Position numbers and translations under genes: made by a program. Below the pieces are notes generated by a model. The model had not been told where the DNA came from. It searched no databases and worked only from the letters and a program-made list of their open reading frames with translations. This document shows, one piece after another, positions 42,001 through 63,455 of a stretch of DNA of 64,000 nucleotides. How positions within the stretch are numbered: the first letter of the stretch is position 1; every line of letters begins with the position of its first letter. The DNA comes from Zygnema circumcarinatum SAG 698-1b (taxonomy: Eukaryota > Plantae > Zygnematophyceae), in the NCBI GenBank assembly GCA_037447605.1, contig CM074813.1, positions 2,232,001 to 2,296,000 on the forward strand, given 5' to 3'.

Positions 42001-42920
42001 CCTTGAGAAAATGAGCTTGCAACTTTCGAAATGTGCAGCATAGTGTAATGAACGCTTTTGAGTCGATGACAGAGCGTATCTGCCATTGTGCCCTTCTGTA
42101 AAGCTTTTGGTGAATGCGGAGCTGCGAGTTTCCACGAGTTCAGGATCTCGCGTGTGAAACAGTTCAGAGCGGAAGTTTATTTTGACGACTCTGATACCCT
42201 AAAACGAGCAAATTGATCTGACTGTCTCGTTCATGTCTTTGTAGCTATACTCTGAGTCGTAGAACAGGATCAGTTTATTGTTACGCCTTATCGTTCTACG
42301 ATGAGCCTTGTGATGAGGGAATTCGACTTGATCTGCATGTGGGCCTATGTTGAGTTTGAAGTTGGGGAAAACTTGTTTTTAAAACATTCATCCCTCAAGG
42401 ACTATCAGGCCTTCTTGGAAACTCGTGTCTAGATTCCTTAGACGAGTTTTACTCTGCGCGGTGCAGGTGGAAAGCAGTTGCCTTTCAGCAGTTGAAAGTG
42501 AAGTGAAGAGAATCGATCGCCAGCTCAAATATTGCCGAAATCCGGGGTTGCTTCAAGACGAGTATGCACCAACTGCTCACTAATGTGCTGGCTATGGCTT
42601 CGAGCAAAAGGGCAGAGAGTAGTCTAAGCAGCACACAATGTGATTGTTGCAGTTGGTAAGCCTGTGACGTAAGCTTAAGGAAATTTGGATTCAGAAGAGG
42701 TTAACTTCCTTCGTTGGGCCCTGATCTCCATAAAATTCTCCAGTTATTTGGACTTTTTATTATTTTTAGGACTCTTGTTGATGTCAATGTGGCCTTCAAT
42801 CACATGAAGTGTGTGTGAGTGGATTTCAGGCAAAGAAAACGAGAGAGAAAGGAGAAGGCGAAGTTGAAGCGTGCCTCCCATGATTCGAAGCCGTCCGCTC
42901 CTCTCTCTTCCCCTCTGTGA
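36013..42920 (+). CDS. CYCH: Cyclin H (CAK/TFIIH), 13 exons, about 345 aa, one GC-AG intron
   Basis: Exons 36013-36072, 36431-36481, 37157-37220, 37541-37686, 38008-38081, 38397-38517, 38623-38691, 38866-38910, 39090-39167, 39307-39365, 39694-39778, 42467-42561, 42830-42920. Motifs [52 protein letters not shown]. Confidence 0.93.
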
Positions 42921-44209
42921 GTGGCCCTTCCGCCAATGCCGCGCTGAACTTTTAGTTTCTCTGATAACACAATTGTTCTTCTACTTCTGTAGCTTTTATG
43001 TATGGCCCTCGCAGGGGCTGTTTCTTCGCAGTTCACGTCCAAAAGCTCTAATTGAGCATACTGAGAGTGTGCTGATATCCCATGTGTTGCTGACACTCAC
43101 TGTTGGAAAACCTGAAACTGGGCTAGATGGAGATTTGTCTGCCCTAGTTCACATAGATATCTAGAAGCTTTGTCATCGTTCACAAGACGTTTATGTTTGC
43201 TTAGTCATCTGAAGTGTTTTTACTTTTTGACGACTGAGTTTCAATGCATATGGTTGAGAGCTTCTGCACAGAACTATACATATGAAGGTAACGGGCGTGA
43301 CCGGTTGAAGCGTTTCTGTGTCGCGGGATGCAGGGACGACCGAGTAATTCAGGACAGCAAACGGAGAAAGAGTGCAGACGTAATCATGGGGTCATGACGG
43401 TGAAGGAGTTCGACGGCCTTTCTATGGGACAGTTCAGGCCCTTCTCAGGACAAAGCACAAAAACCGCTCCCAGTTTGGAGTTGCTGCTTCCGATTAAACT
43501 ACAACTGAACCCGTGTCACGGATCACCTTATTCTCTCCTTCTCGAGGTACGACATTTTGCAGTGCCTGGAACTCTAGCCCTGTTTCGAAGTACTTCAGGA
43601 GAAAGGCAGGGTTGGTACTGCCCCACTCAGAAGTACGTCCTGAGGGGCTGCCTGTTTGTACAGGAAGGTAAAGGATAGGGATTGGCTAGTCTCAATGGAA
43701 AAGCCCCTCGGTTTTCTGTGACGATTTACAATAAAAGTCCGGTACAGTTTGCATGTTTAATGGAATACTGCCTTCAATAAAATGTTGTGCACGAGAATTT
43801 GTCCCTTTTTTTACTCCCTTTTACTAGGAGAAAGATGCAGCCAAGATTGAACCTTACTTTATCAAGCAATGCCTTTAAGAGCCTAGGCGTAGCTTTTTGC
43901 TCCTAGCTGTTTTTAAATTCTCTTGTCCCTAGGTCCTTCGCGACCAGTTCCTCGTGGTTCCCCATTATGATGTTGTCCATGTACATTTGATGGCATCGCC
44001 ATCGTGAGATCAATGCCACATCTCCCTTTAAGGCATTCATCCAATTTGATGTATTTTTTGAAAGCCCGGCACAGAATGACCTACAAATGGTCAGGAGATC
44101 GTGAAATGGACAAGTGTGGGGATGCGAGTATCATCCAATTCACAGTTCAACACAAAATGGAACAGTCGTAACGCAACGTGAATGGGATGCTGTAAGTCAC
44201 ATAACATAA

Positions 44210-46872
44210 CTAGATCGAACGGAGCTTTTTATTTTTTAGTATGTACAACAGGATGCCTCCTGCAACCGCAACATTCAAGGACTCAAACCCTCCGGGCATG
44301 GGAATGGTGATGCCTCGACACCTCCCCTTTGCCTCCTCTGATAGCCCCCTCCCTTCACTGCCAAGCACCAGGCAGAGCCTTTCTTCAGTACTGGCTGCAG
44401 TGAGAGTGCTCCTGCTCCCATTCGGCCCTGATTTCTCATATCGTGTGAAGGAGCTATCACATTCAGAAACTAGCTCCTCAATAGATTGGGCTTCCTCCGT
44501 GTCAGGATCGCCTGCATAGAGGGTGAGGCCCCTGACAGATGTGAGCTCCTCCAAATGGGACCATTCCCCCATGGCGATGGGAACACGGAACGTCGCCCCT
44601 CTGGCAGCTCGCAAAGCTTTCTCGTTGAATGGGTCACAGCAACCGGGAAGCAGAAATACGCCGTCCTGCATTGAAGGCCAAACTGAAAGCCGTGAGAGAG
44701 GAAGGAGATAAAGGGAGGGGGGGGGAGAGGGGGAGGGGGCAGGGTGGAGAGATAGAGCAAGAGAAAGGAGGGGCAGGGGAAGGGAGAGAGCAAGAGGGAG
44801 GACGGGAGAGCAAGCACAAACGGAACTCACAGCGATGGACTACTAGAACAAGATTACCCACAACCAAACAAAGACCTGTGAAGTACAGACAGCACATCGA
44901 TGAACAAACCAGATTCACATGATTCTTTCACCTTCACCGGGCTTGACGAATTACATTCTGATTTGAAGAAGTTTCTCCCTTGCCCATTCCCCCACTCCCT
45001 CCCCCTCCCAGCAAGGTTCAGACAAACGGTTGACTCACCCATGCGAAGGCAGCTGCTGTGCGAAGGAGAGTCCCAATATTCCCCGGATCCTGCATGTACA
45101 ACCGCTGACTTCTTGAGTGCCTGACGATCAAAACTACAAAGATAGCCTCAATGCATCTCTATGTACTGCCCCGAAAGAACCTGCATCCGAAGAACCCTCT
45201 CCTTCGCGACAGGAGGCGCGGAAGGAGCAGAAAGATCTAAAAATTTCATCCTGCTACAATGCTTGCTCTCCTGCATTCAAAAGCCTTTGACTTTCAACAT
45301 GGAAAAAGTAAAGAAATCTTGGCAGTCAGAGGATCCGCTGCATACCTGGATGCCGTCCAAGGCCAGGATACGGGTGCCTGTCGGACACCATAAACTTTGG
45401 TCTCCCTCCTTCATTGCTGCCACATCAGTGAAGGTGTCTGGCAGAGATAGCACTCCAGCAAGCGCCTCTCCCGAGCTTAGGGATTCAACTCCAGCAAGTT
45501 TAGCCATGACTGAAGGGGCTACCTTCACAATCCGCTTAGCCAAACGCACCACAGAAATTGGAACATCTGTGCCCTGCAGAAGAAAGAGAATGCCGATGAT
45601 GGGGTCTGAATTGTGCCCAGGGCGTTCCATAAACCATTGGCAAATTTCCCTGCAGTGGGGGAACAAACAAGGAGTTGGGAGATGACCGTTGGCAGATCAG
45701 TTGCTAAGTCTTGTGGTCGTGAAATGTGAAGCGCACAATGCGACGTAAAGGCATTCATTGATCCAACCGTGGAGCCCTGCAAAACCGAAAGAAGAAACAG
45801 CCTTTGTCCATACATGTCATGATGCCAATGCTACCTGTCAAGCCTTTCAAAGGGGCTGTGAAACGTTCAGCAATCTATAGTTTCGTCCGCCCAAAGGTAA
45901 TATAATTGAAAGTTCAACTTGCAATGACTTTTGCGAGTATTCAGGCAAAGAAAAATCTCTGTAGAGATTTTATTCTGGTTTATTATTGCAAAAAAAAGGG
46001 GGGGGCGGGGGAACTTTCTCGTAAGCGAGAAAATTGGCCAATGTACTTGACCCTTATGTGGATATTTTTTCCTTCAGCATCAGCCTATCTTGGATTGTTT
46101 TAGAGTGATGCCTATACCTCCATTCCAGAACGATCGGCATTATGTTGCGGAACGAGCGGCTCCAGCCCCATGCAGATATTGGCCCAATTCCCCAAATGCA
46201 ATGTTCTACACTACACTACTACAAGTCCTACTACTGCACAACAAACCAAACCTAAAAGCCGAACACCAAACTTTTTCAGCATCGACAATGGCGAAGAACA
46301 ATTCCACCTCAAAAAAAAAAAAAGTTGATTTCCAATTCCTTCGCCTGTCCGAGTTTGGGATAATTAAAAGTTCTAATTTATTTTGAACTCCAATCTCTAA
46401 GGGCTTCAACGATTAAGTATCAAACATCTGGAGCCGGACTGTGTGTCCAAACTCCAGGTTCCTCCTAGCAGCTTAACTTAAGGAGAATATAAATAATTAG
46501 CAAATAGAAGACATCGAAACAATAGAGCACGCACCTGAGAGGCGTCTCTCCCACCACAAGGAGGGACTTGGCCTGCTTTCGATAGTTTCCTTCCCGGCGA
46601 AGCCTCACACAATGCTTCACAAAGGGGTTGTTAGGGCTGTTTATGGAGTCAATGTGCGCTGGAATATATGGCAGAGAGGAGGATGGGCAGGAAAGCGGAG
46701 AAAGGCGCGGCTCCTTGGATTCCATTGCAGCTCCGCGGAAGACCGCCAAGGAGGGAGAGGAAACCCTAATACGGAGGGAAAAGGGAGAGGAAGAGGCCGA
46801 GGGGGGAGAGAGCGGGAGGGCGGGCGAGCGAAGCAGAGCGCCGGGTGGCAACTCGCACAGGAGGAAGGCCAT
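44210..46872 (-). CDS. SpoU/TrmH-family RNA 2'-O-methyltransferase with an organellar transit-peptide-like N-terminus, 4 exons, about 382 aa
   Basis: Exons 46872-46535, 45649-45346, 45089-45039, 44665-44210. SPOUT motifs LDGIQDPGNIGTL, LVLGSEG.G, IPM.GGFESLNVAVAGGILLY; N-terminal S..NPFVKHC. Confidence 0.92.
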
Positions 46873-46987
46873 GGCAGCCCTGCGCCGCGCGGCGGAGGGC
46901 GAGTGCTGGAGGGAGGGAGGCGAGGGAGGGGAGGGAAGGCCGCCGCCGATCTCGACCAGGTGTGAATGGGGACTCGGATGAGTTACA

Positions 46988-47006
46988 CGTGGCGACTCGC
47001 CATTGG
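46988..47006 (-). promoter_or_regulatory. ERSE-like motif in the SpoU/PAC4 divergent promoter
   Basis: Reverse strand reads CCAAT-ggcgagtcg-CCACG(TG). Confidence 0.65.
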
Positions 47007-47254
47007 AACACGCTGGACGAAACTCGTACAACAATGACGAATGCCCCCGCTGGACGAATTCGTACGGTCCAAGTTGTTTGCAAAAACCATTTCGGACCAT
47101 GGGGCTCGGCAACCATTGAGAACCATCGGATGGCAATGGTTGGGCGATCCAATGGTTGCCAGCCATTGGACACAGCCAATGATGAATCTAATGGTTGGCA
47201 ACCATTGCCCACCATTGGCAGGATGGGCAAGTTGGCATGGGAGCTCGAATTTGT

Positions 47255-47317
47255 AGATGAAGGCTGAAAGCAATCAGATGAAGGCTGAAAGCAATCAGAT
47301 GAAGGCTGAAGGCAATG
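47255..47317 (+). repeat. 21-bp tandem repeat, 3 copies
   Basis: agatgaaggctgaaagcaatc twice, then agatgaaggctgaaggcaatg. Confidence 0.95.
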
Positions 47318-47364
47318 TGGGACTCCCTCAGGCTCAGGAGAGAGGCAGTGCTGTAGGCGACGCC

Positions 47365-50853
<3,489 letters not shown>

Positions 50854-51330
50854 GCTTCTCGGCTGGATGCTACTTTTTAGCGTACATCCATGCGGTTTAT
50901 AAGTCCCTCAACATATTAACCAAGAGGTTTTACTGCTGCTGCCGCTGGTTGCAAAATTGTATGTGGCGTATATAGAAAGCAGAGGTTGCCTAAAAACAGC
51001 AGTTCGCCTACAGAAATGGAGAAGAATTCAGTCTGCTTCAATTTCGGCAAGAGTACGCATGTCTGTAGTGTGTTTTGTGTTGTTTTCTTTTCACAAGTTT
51101 AATTTGTACTTGCAATTTTTTAGTGGTTGCTACGTAATATGATGTCATTTCACCAACTGAACTTCTTCATTCAACGTTGAAACAAAAATAACCGGTTTCC
51201 AGAAGTCTAACTGCACCTGTGAAATAGCAAACCTTCCATAATGCCAGCTACACTGCAAAGTACCGCTTTACCTAACCAAGAACTTTCATCAAAGTCGTTC
51301 ACGAAACAACTGAGAGCTTCTGGCACAACA

Positions 51331-51388
51331 CACAGCAGTTCACTTAAGTAGGCCGCACAGCTGTTCACTTAAGTAGGCCGCACAGCAG
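51331..51388. repeat. 25-bp tandem duplication (2.3 copies) in the CPN60B 3' region
   Basis: cacagc(a/t)gttcacttaagtaggccg repeated. Confidence 0.9.
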
Positions 51389-51633
51389 TGACGGCTTCTC
51401 TTTATTACTTCTCCGCTACAAGTACACAAATTCATCGGTTTCAGCTTCAGCTCCAGCTTCCTATCAACACGCAGCTACCGCGCCCCCCCGTGTCCTATGT
51501 TCTGTTCTCTATGGGAGGAGAGCAGCGCACTCTTCCACTACAAAAATATGCTTGAGGTAAGTTTCCGTGGTCCTACAAGTAAGCTCTCTCTTCCACCAAT
51601 CCCCTACCCCCCAATATTTAAGGAGCCCCCTGC

Positions 51634-57333
<5,700 letters not shown>

Positions 57334-57499
57334 AGTTACGCTTTGTTAACTTGCAATCCCAACCCTAAGTCCTCTCTTTCAGCGAAAAAGAAACAGAAAG
57401 CGGCGGCTATGTAAGGCAGGGCACGAGGGAGGAAGAGTGAGGCGGCCTTCTCTAGAGCCTTCCTTCCAAGGGCGCTTGAAGGAAGCGCCGCGTTCCAGT

Positions 57500-57514
57500 C
57501 TTCTAGAACCTTCG
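57500..57514. promoter_or_regulatory. Perfect three-unit heat shock element upstream of CPN60B
   Basis: cTTCt-aGAAc-cTTCg, about 170 bp upstream of the CPN60B ATG; fits a chaperonin gene. Confidence 0.6.
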
Positions 57515-58776
57515 AACACCCTCCTCCCAGTGGGGGGACGGAGCAGGTCCACCGTCCGATCTTCAATCGGACGGCGGCGAGGCCCTCCGAGCTGGAGCCC
57601 TCTTTATTTGCCCTCATCTCGAAGTTCCGCGCGCGGACGAAAAAGTCGGCCGAGCGAGGGGAGGGGAGCGAAGGGGGCGCTTTTTGGGGTTCGGCAGAGC
57701 GGCGGGGGCGTTCACACTGGCGGGGGACGGCTTTTGGGATTTCCGCGTTCACATTGTTGGCGGGAAGGGAAGACGCTCAGTGTCCTCTCTTCTTCTTGTT
57801 GGAGCGGCGCTCTATTTGGTGTGTGGCTCTCACATGAATAGCTGTAGAAGGGGGAAGTGGCACTGATCTCACGATGGCGAGGCCATCAAATGTACATGGA
57901 CAAAATCAGCATGTGGAACCACGAGGAACTGGGCACAAAGGACCTAAGGACAAGAGAAAAAAGCTAGGAGCGGAAAATTACGCCTAGGCTCAACAACGCA
58001 GCCTTCCCTGGAAGCAGCCGCGAAGGTGAAGCGGTATAGGTATATGTAGGTATAGCTTTAGCGGTTCAAAAAACTCGAGAAATGTGCCTACTTACCCCAT
58101 TAAACCCTTTAAATGAGACCCTTGATAGACGACTTGTAAAACCGTGATGAACCCTAACACACGATTTTATTCCTCGCATCAAACAATGGAATGGAACAAT
58201 CGCAGTGTGCGACTCGCACTCGAATCGGACAGCGAAGGACGGACATTCATGCATGCATGCATGCGTGCGATGCCCGGTACAATGCCGCGGGCCACAAAAC
58301 TTTTCGCAACTTTTTCTGGAGCCGTGGTTGAGATTTCGAACCCTACGATTCTGAATTTCCGAATGGAATTCCGCACCCGAATTCAAATTCAGTTTCCAAT
58401 TCAGTGTTCGCCGTAGGCAGGGGCTTTCCATTTGAGGTTGCCGTACGGTACCCTCTTTTGTCTGCTCGATGTCGAGAGGGCGGGGTTCCATGCAGTGTTG
58501 TAGTGTCGTGTACGACGCGTTTCCGTGTTCCATATGAGCAACTCTTGCCGACGTGGCGCCTACGTGGCTGTCACGTCGGCTTGACGTTTGGCCATGTCCT
58601 GGTGTTTCCGTGTGGCCTCCCCGGCCCCGAACCTGTACCGTACTGTGCCTCGGCGGCGGCTTGCAGCCGTCGGATGGGCCCGAGCGATCGCCGGTTTCGG
58701 AGTCGCAAATAAAATCGGAGTTCCTCGGCACGCTGGCGGGAAAAATTACGAGATCCTCTGTGAATTCGTGGCCGAG

Positions 58777-58829
58777 CCAATCCGCGCTTACCACGTGTGA
58801 AAGTTGCTATCGTGGCGGCCTGTAATTGG
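58777..58829. promoter_or_regulatory. Inverted pair of ERSE-like motifs in the CPN60B/EBS divergent region
   Basis: + strand CCAAT-ccgcgctta-CCACG(TG) at 58777-58795; - strand CCAAT-tacaggccg-CCACG at 58811-58829. Confidence 0.7.
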
Positions 58830-59241
58830 TCATGCGCTATAAGACACTTGTCGCTGGATTCCAAACCTTTATCCTCGAGTCCACTTCGGCGGAATTAACC
58901 CTGGCCGAGGTTTCCCGCCTAAGATTGACTACTGATTGCATCGCGGATCCAGGTGGGTGGATCGGCGCCAGGCAGGCGCCCCTCCAGACGGAGGCGCGTC
59001 CCTTGGGCCTCATATTTTCCGCCTCCCAAAGGCCTCTTTTTCTTGCCTTTCCCTTTGGCGCCCTCTTCCACTCCCTCTCGCTCCCTCTCTCTCTTTCTCA
59101 CTCTCTCTCTCTCTCTGTCTCTCGCCCTAAAGCTTCCGCTGCTGCGTCTCCTGCAGCGGCGTCTGCAAGCGCTGGAAAGAGGGCCTCGTTTCGGGCGGTC
59201 AGCTGACAGGACAAGCGCCGCAGGTCTTGGCTCGCGGCTTC

Positions 59242-62200
59242 ATGGGAAAGAAGAGGGTCCCAAAACGAGTCTTGGAAAGCTGCAAAATTCCTGGAACAAA
59301 TAAAACAATCAAACGTGAGAGCACGACCTTGCGCGCCTGTCGCCTTACATTTTTCAGCTCGGCTTTGCTCGCTTGGGATCTCGCCAAAGCAATCATTTAG
59401 GTCTGCAGATAGGGTTCTCGGTTCATTTAAGTTAATTTATAATATTCGATGCCGGTCCTTGTTATTGTGAGGGCATTTTAAAAAAAAAACTTATTCACTC
59501 TCGGTCCGCCTGTTTTATTTCTCATGACGTGCAGATGGCGATTGCGTCATGCTACGACCTCCGGAGATAAACACTCCGCAGTATATTGCAAGAATTGAAA
59601 AGATTGAAGCAGATGCGAGTGATAAAGTCAGCTTGCGTTGCCGTTGGTATTATCGGCCGGAGGAGTCAATTGGAGGCAGGCGCCAATTCCATGGCGCAAA
59701 GGAGCTTTTTCTTTCCGATCACTTCGATAATTGCTCTCCGGAAGCGATTGAAGGGAAGTGCACAGTTTACACTTTTAAAGATTATACGCGACTGGAAAGT
59801 GTTGGTTCCGAGGATTTTTTCTGCAGATTTGAATATAAGGCCTCGAGCGGCACATTCACTCCCGACAGGGTTGCAGTGTATGTCCATGGCTTCAATGCCC
59901 TCCCCCCCGCGCCCGACACTCAACTGTGTGCCTATATAGACTTAAGTCTATGCTTGCTTGAGGTTTGGTAACATAAATGCATGCAGAAGGACCACTTTGG
60001 AGTTGATTTTTATGGTATCTTCTTTAGCATAGTTCATCAGGGGCTGTTGCTTACAGTACACGGATATATGCTAGCAAGTTTAGCGAGGCCCAGCCTAGCG
60101 AGTCTTGTCAAACTGATGATGGAGGAAGTGGGATAACTTCAGAGCGGAAGGTGAATTGCATGCTGACGAGTAACGATAGTTTGTTGTGGCTCTCACTGGA
60201 AGCTGGTCGTACCTCATCCTGAATTTAGGGTTATCACACGGTTCCCTTTATGCCATGAGATAAGGCCGACATTTTTCACAGTTCCTTTTTAGGAACTTGC
60301 TCGTTTGAGACTAAGTGTTCGCGTTCCGATAAGTGTGATGTCTTAGCGGGAAACCATATGCTTTTTCTGCACTCTCCACCCTCTATACCTTCGATTGTTG
60401 GGGTTTCTCTTACCATTGTTCTGTTGTGCAGTTACTGCAAGTGTGAGATGCCATACAACCCCGACGATCTTATGATACAATGTGAAGGCTGCAAAGACTG
60501 GTGAGCCAATGACCACGCATAATGCTTGAGCTTGGACTCCTTCGGTGTTCTGTTCTTCTGGTTGATACCTAAACTTTAGCCTTCATTGGGTCGTTACTGC
60601 AAGGTAGCCACTATTTCACTTATTCAATAAATCCTGGGTCTTGTCCATGCATTTCCCTGCCATGGTGTATATCCTTAATTGTGGCCAACCTTGCACTGGC
60701 ATTTCCCCTCAAAGGGCATTGTTCAACGTGACAAATGTGAAAGGGCATGGTCCTTCAGTATCATTTCAGTGCGTGCATTCGAGGCATTGACTCGTTGACG
60801 TTAGCATTCACTAAAGTGAACATCAAGGCTTACTGAATCTCGAAGCACTGCATTTTGGATTTAACAAGAGATGCCCTTAAGGGGTTTTTTGTATAGCTAT
60901 ACATACCGAGTTTTGCCTAGTGTATCCAAGCATAGCTCGTATGTTTGGCGGCTTGACGCAGTCGCAAGCACCTAAATGTGAGTATCATGGACAGCACCTA
61001 GGCAGATGCTGATAGTCACCTGCAGTACTCACGTGTTTAAGGAGGGGGTGATGCCATCTGAGGAGATCCTGTAACCGATGCAAACGCACATCAGAAATAG
61101 AACTGAAGTTTCCATTTCGGGTCTGTCAGCATCATTTGAGTGCACGCATTTGATGCATTTACTTGGCGACTTTAGCGTCCAATAGAGCGAACGTCCAGGT
61201 TCTCAGAATCTCAACCATTGGACCTTGGATTTAAACTTTTGAAGCAGCGCATGTCCTGAAGGAGTTCTTTATAGAAGTCATGTATGCCGAGTTCTGTCTT
61301 GCCAAGTGTAGCTCGTGAGTTCTTGCGGCTCGTCGGAGTTACATGCATTTACCCTAGTAAATGTGAGTAGCAGTGAAGTACATTGTAACATGTTGATTCC
61401 GTAGTCACCTGCAGACACACGCATTAGTAGCGGGGTGGTTTCACGTGACGACATCCAGTAACATTTCCTTACGTACAACAGAAAAAAAGCTGTTGTTCTC
61501 GTTTCAGGCTTCAGTACTTGCGTTTGTTGCATTGGCTCGTTAACTTTAGCATCCACTAAGAACAACATTAAGCCTTACTGAATCCAACGGTGTGGGTCGT
61601 GGATAAGTTGAAGCAAGAGGTGTCCTCAAGTAGCATATTATGTATGCCTTGCTTGACAAATCTATCCAAGTAAAACTTGCGAGTGCTTGCGGCCAAGTCG
61701 CAGTTACAAGTATATACCCTTCTTAATGTGAGTATCAGTGAAGTAACATGTCAAAGTTTGATGTGATAAGTCGCCTGCGGTACTCATGCATTTAAAGGGG
61801 TGATGCCATCTGAGGATATCTTGTAGTATCTGCATACGTACAACAGAAAGAGCTGTTGTTTTCAGTTTCTGTGAATGCTTTCCTCATTCCGGGATGGCAT
61901 TCCCGCCCATTTACTCACTGTTGTGCACTTCCGAAAGCTCAATGCATGTCCCTGATGGCGTGCATGGCTGTCAGGAACTTGGGCTGTACCCGTGTTAACG
62001 AATGTCAGGCACAGGAGAGACAGACTTTCTATCGTGTAGTTCAGTGAATTTCCCAAGCTAGTAGGTCCCTTTTTTTGCCTCATTCGTCTACATTGTTTCA
62101 AACCCAAAATGTCTTAAATAGTGAACCATTTTTATATGAATAAACTCCAGTCATCCCTCCTCTCTTCCTTTCATCTGCCTCGCACGCCTCGTCTCTGTTC

Positions 62201-62692
62201 TCTCTGCACTTCCTTTCCAACGTCTTTTTCTTTCCTCCTTTCACCACTTTTTCCCCTATTGCACTGTTTCGCATGACTTCCCGTGTCTCAGGGCACATTG
62301 AAGGGCTTATCGTTAGAGTCAGGGCCTGCATACTGTTTGCGAGATGAGGTTGTGATGTGTAAAGGTTTTAGACTCCTGTACATAGAGCAGCCGCGGAAGA
62401 CGCCCAAAGCAATTCACCTAATAGTAATTGCTTTACTCTAGGGTTGGCCACCAATCGTGGTAACTGCTGCTTGCAATTTTGTCAAACTGAGACACATTGC
62501 TGGGACTCTTGACGTAAAGTTCTGAATCAGATTTGAAAATTGTGTCTACTCTTGTTGATCCATCGTTGAATACGAGGAAACTTATTGTCTTGTGATGGAT
62601 TCTGCAGGTTTCATCCAAATTGTGTAAACTTAACGATGGAGCAGATTCGCAAGCTCACAAATTTTTACTGCTCCGAGTGTCAGACAAGCTGA
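59242..62692 (+). CDS. EBS: EBS/SHL-type BAH-PHD bivalent histone reader, 4 exons, 189 aa
   Basis: Exons 59242-59314, 59535-59877, 60432-60500, 62608-62692. BAH motifs [41 protein letters not shown]; [30 protein letters not shown]...F.C.EC. EBS versus SHL cannot be separated by eye. Confidence 0.92.
60790..61870 (+). repeat. Diverged tandem triplication (~320-bp unit) in EBS intron 3
   Basis: Units at about 60790-61110, 61225-61530, 61535-61870. Identical 20-mer ggggtgatgccatctgagga at 61045 and 61797; aatgtgagta in all three; gtcacctgcag in the first two (gtcgcctgcgg in the third). Confidence 0.8.
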
Positions 62693-63436
62693 GGCCAAGT
62701 GCCGGAGTTCCATACAAAAAGCAATAATGTTGTTTCTTCGAAGGGAGGGGCTGCACATTACTGACGATTCTGTAACTAGGTTAGGTTTGTTCTCTCGTAT
62801 AGGAAGGTCTTCACCACAATTATCGCAGTGACGGCATGTCTGTGTACAGACATTTTTCTGCCATTAGAGGTGTTCGCAGGGGTACTTGCTTTCTACACGC
62901 CAAACTCCTCATGGAGAACGGGGCAGTAGCGTGGGCTTCCGATAGAGTTCCATACGTAGCAGAGGCGGCGCCATGGCCGGTGCTCTCCTGGGGAGCCGCT
63001 TCGCACTGCACAGCGTGGTTCGTGCGTAGGTGTACATAGTCTCAACCTTGCGGTGGCCGATGTTCTCTTCTTATTGAGCCGTTGTATGTCGGGCAGTGGC
63101 GCTTACAATTCATTCGTTACTTGAGTGTGCGGATTTTGGCAAGGTCTCGGTCTCAAGTTGCTCAGCTCACACTCGCTAGAGCTCCAACAAAACCCGTCAT
63201 TGACATTGCGAGTCGCGAAAAATGACAAAGTGAAGCTTTTTGGAGGTTGGGAAGACAACGGAGGGGGTAGGGTTCAGCTTCGCCTGTTCTATGTCCTCTG
63301 CAGTTCTACTGAACGGCCTTCGCCAAGAGGATTCTCTAATGACATAAACCCATCTGATTTGAACGGAATGTGTACGGAATAAAGGGGCTATGCGCACAGC
63401 GAAATCAAGCAGGAACACGCAGGAAATCTTGTTCAT

Positions 63437-63455
63437 CCAATCGGCGTCAGCCACA
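63437..63455 (+). promoter_or_regulatory. ERSE-like variant in a GC-rich stretch near the window end
   Basis: CCAAT-cggcgtcag-CCACA; the associated gene is not visible in the window. Confidence 0.4.

Noticed and set aside
39779-42466. Long cyclin H intron 11 as a host for a nested gene, TE or snoRNA
   Set aside because: No ORF with recognisable motifs, no terminal repeats and no convincing C/D or H/ACA pairing found.
43020-43830. 116-aa ORF and isolated splice-like signals between cyclin H and the SpoU gene
   Set aside because: No family similarity or coherent exon chain; most likely 3'-UTR or intergenic sequence.
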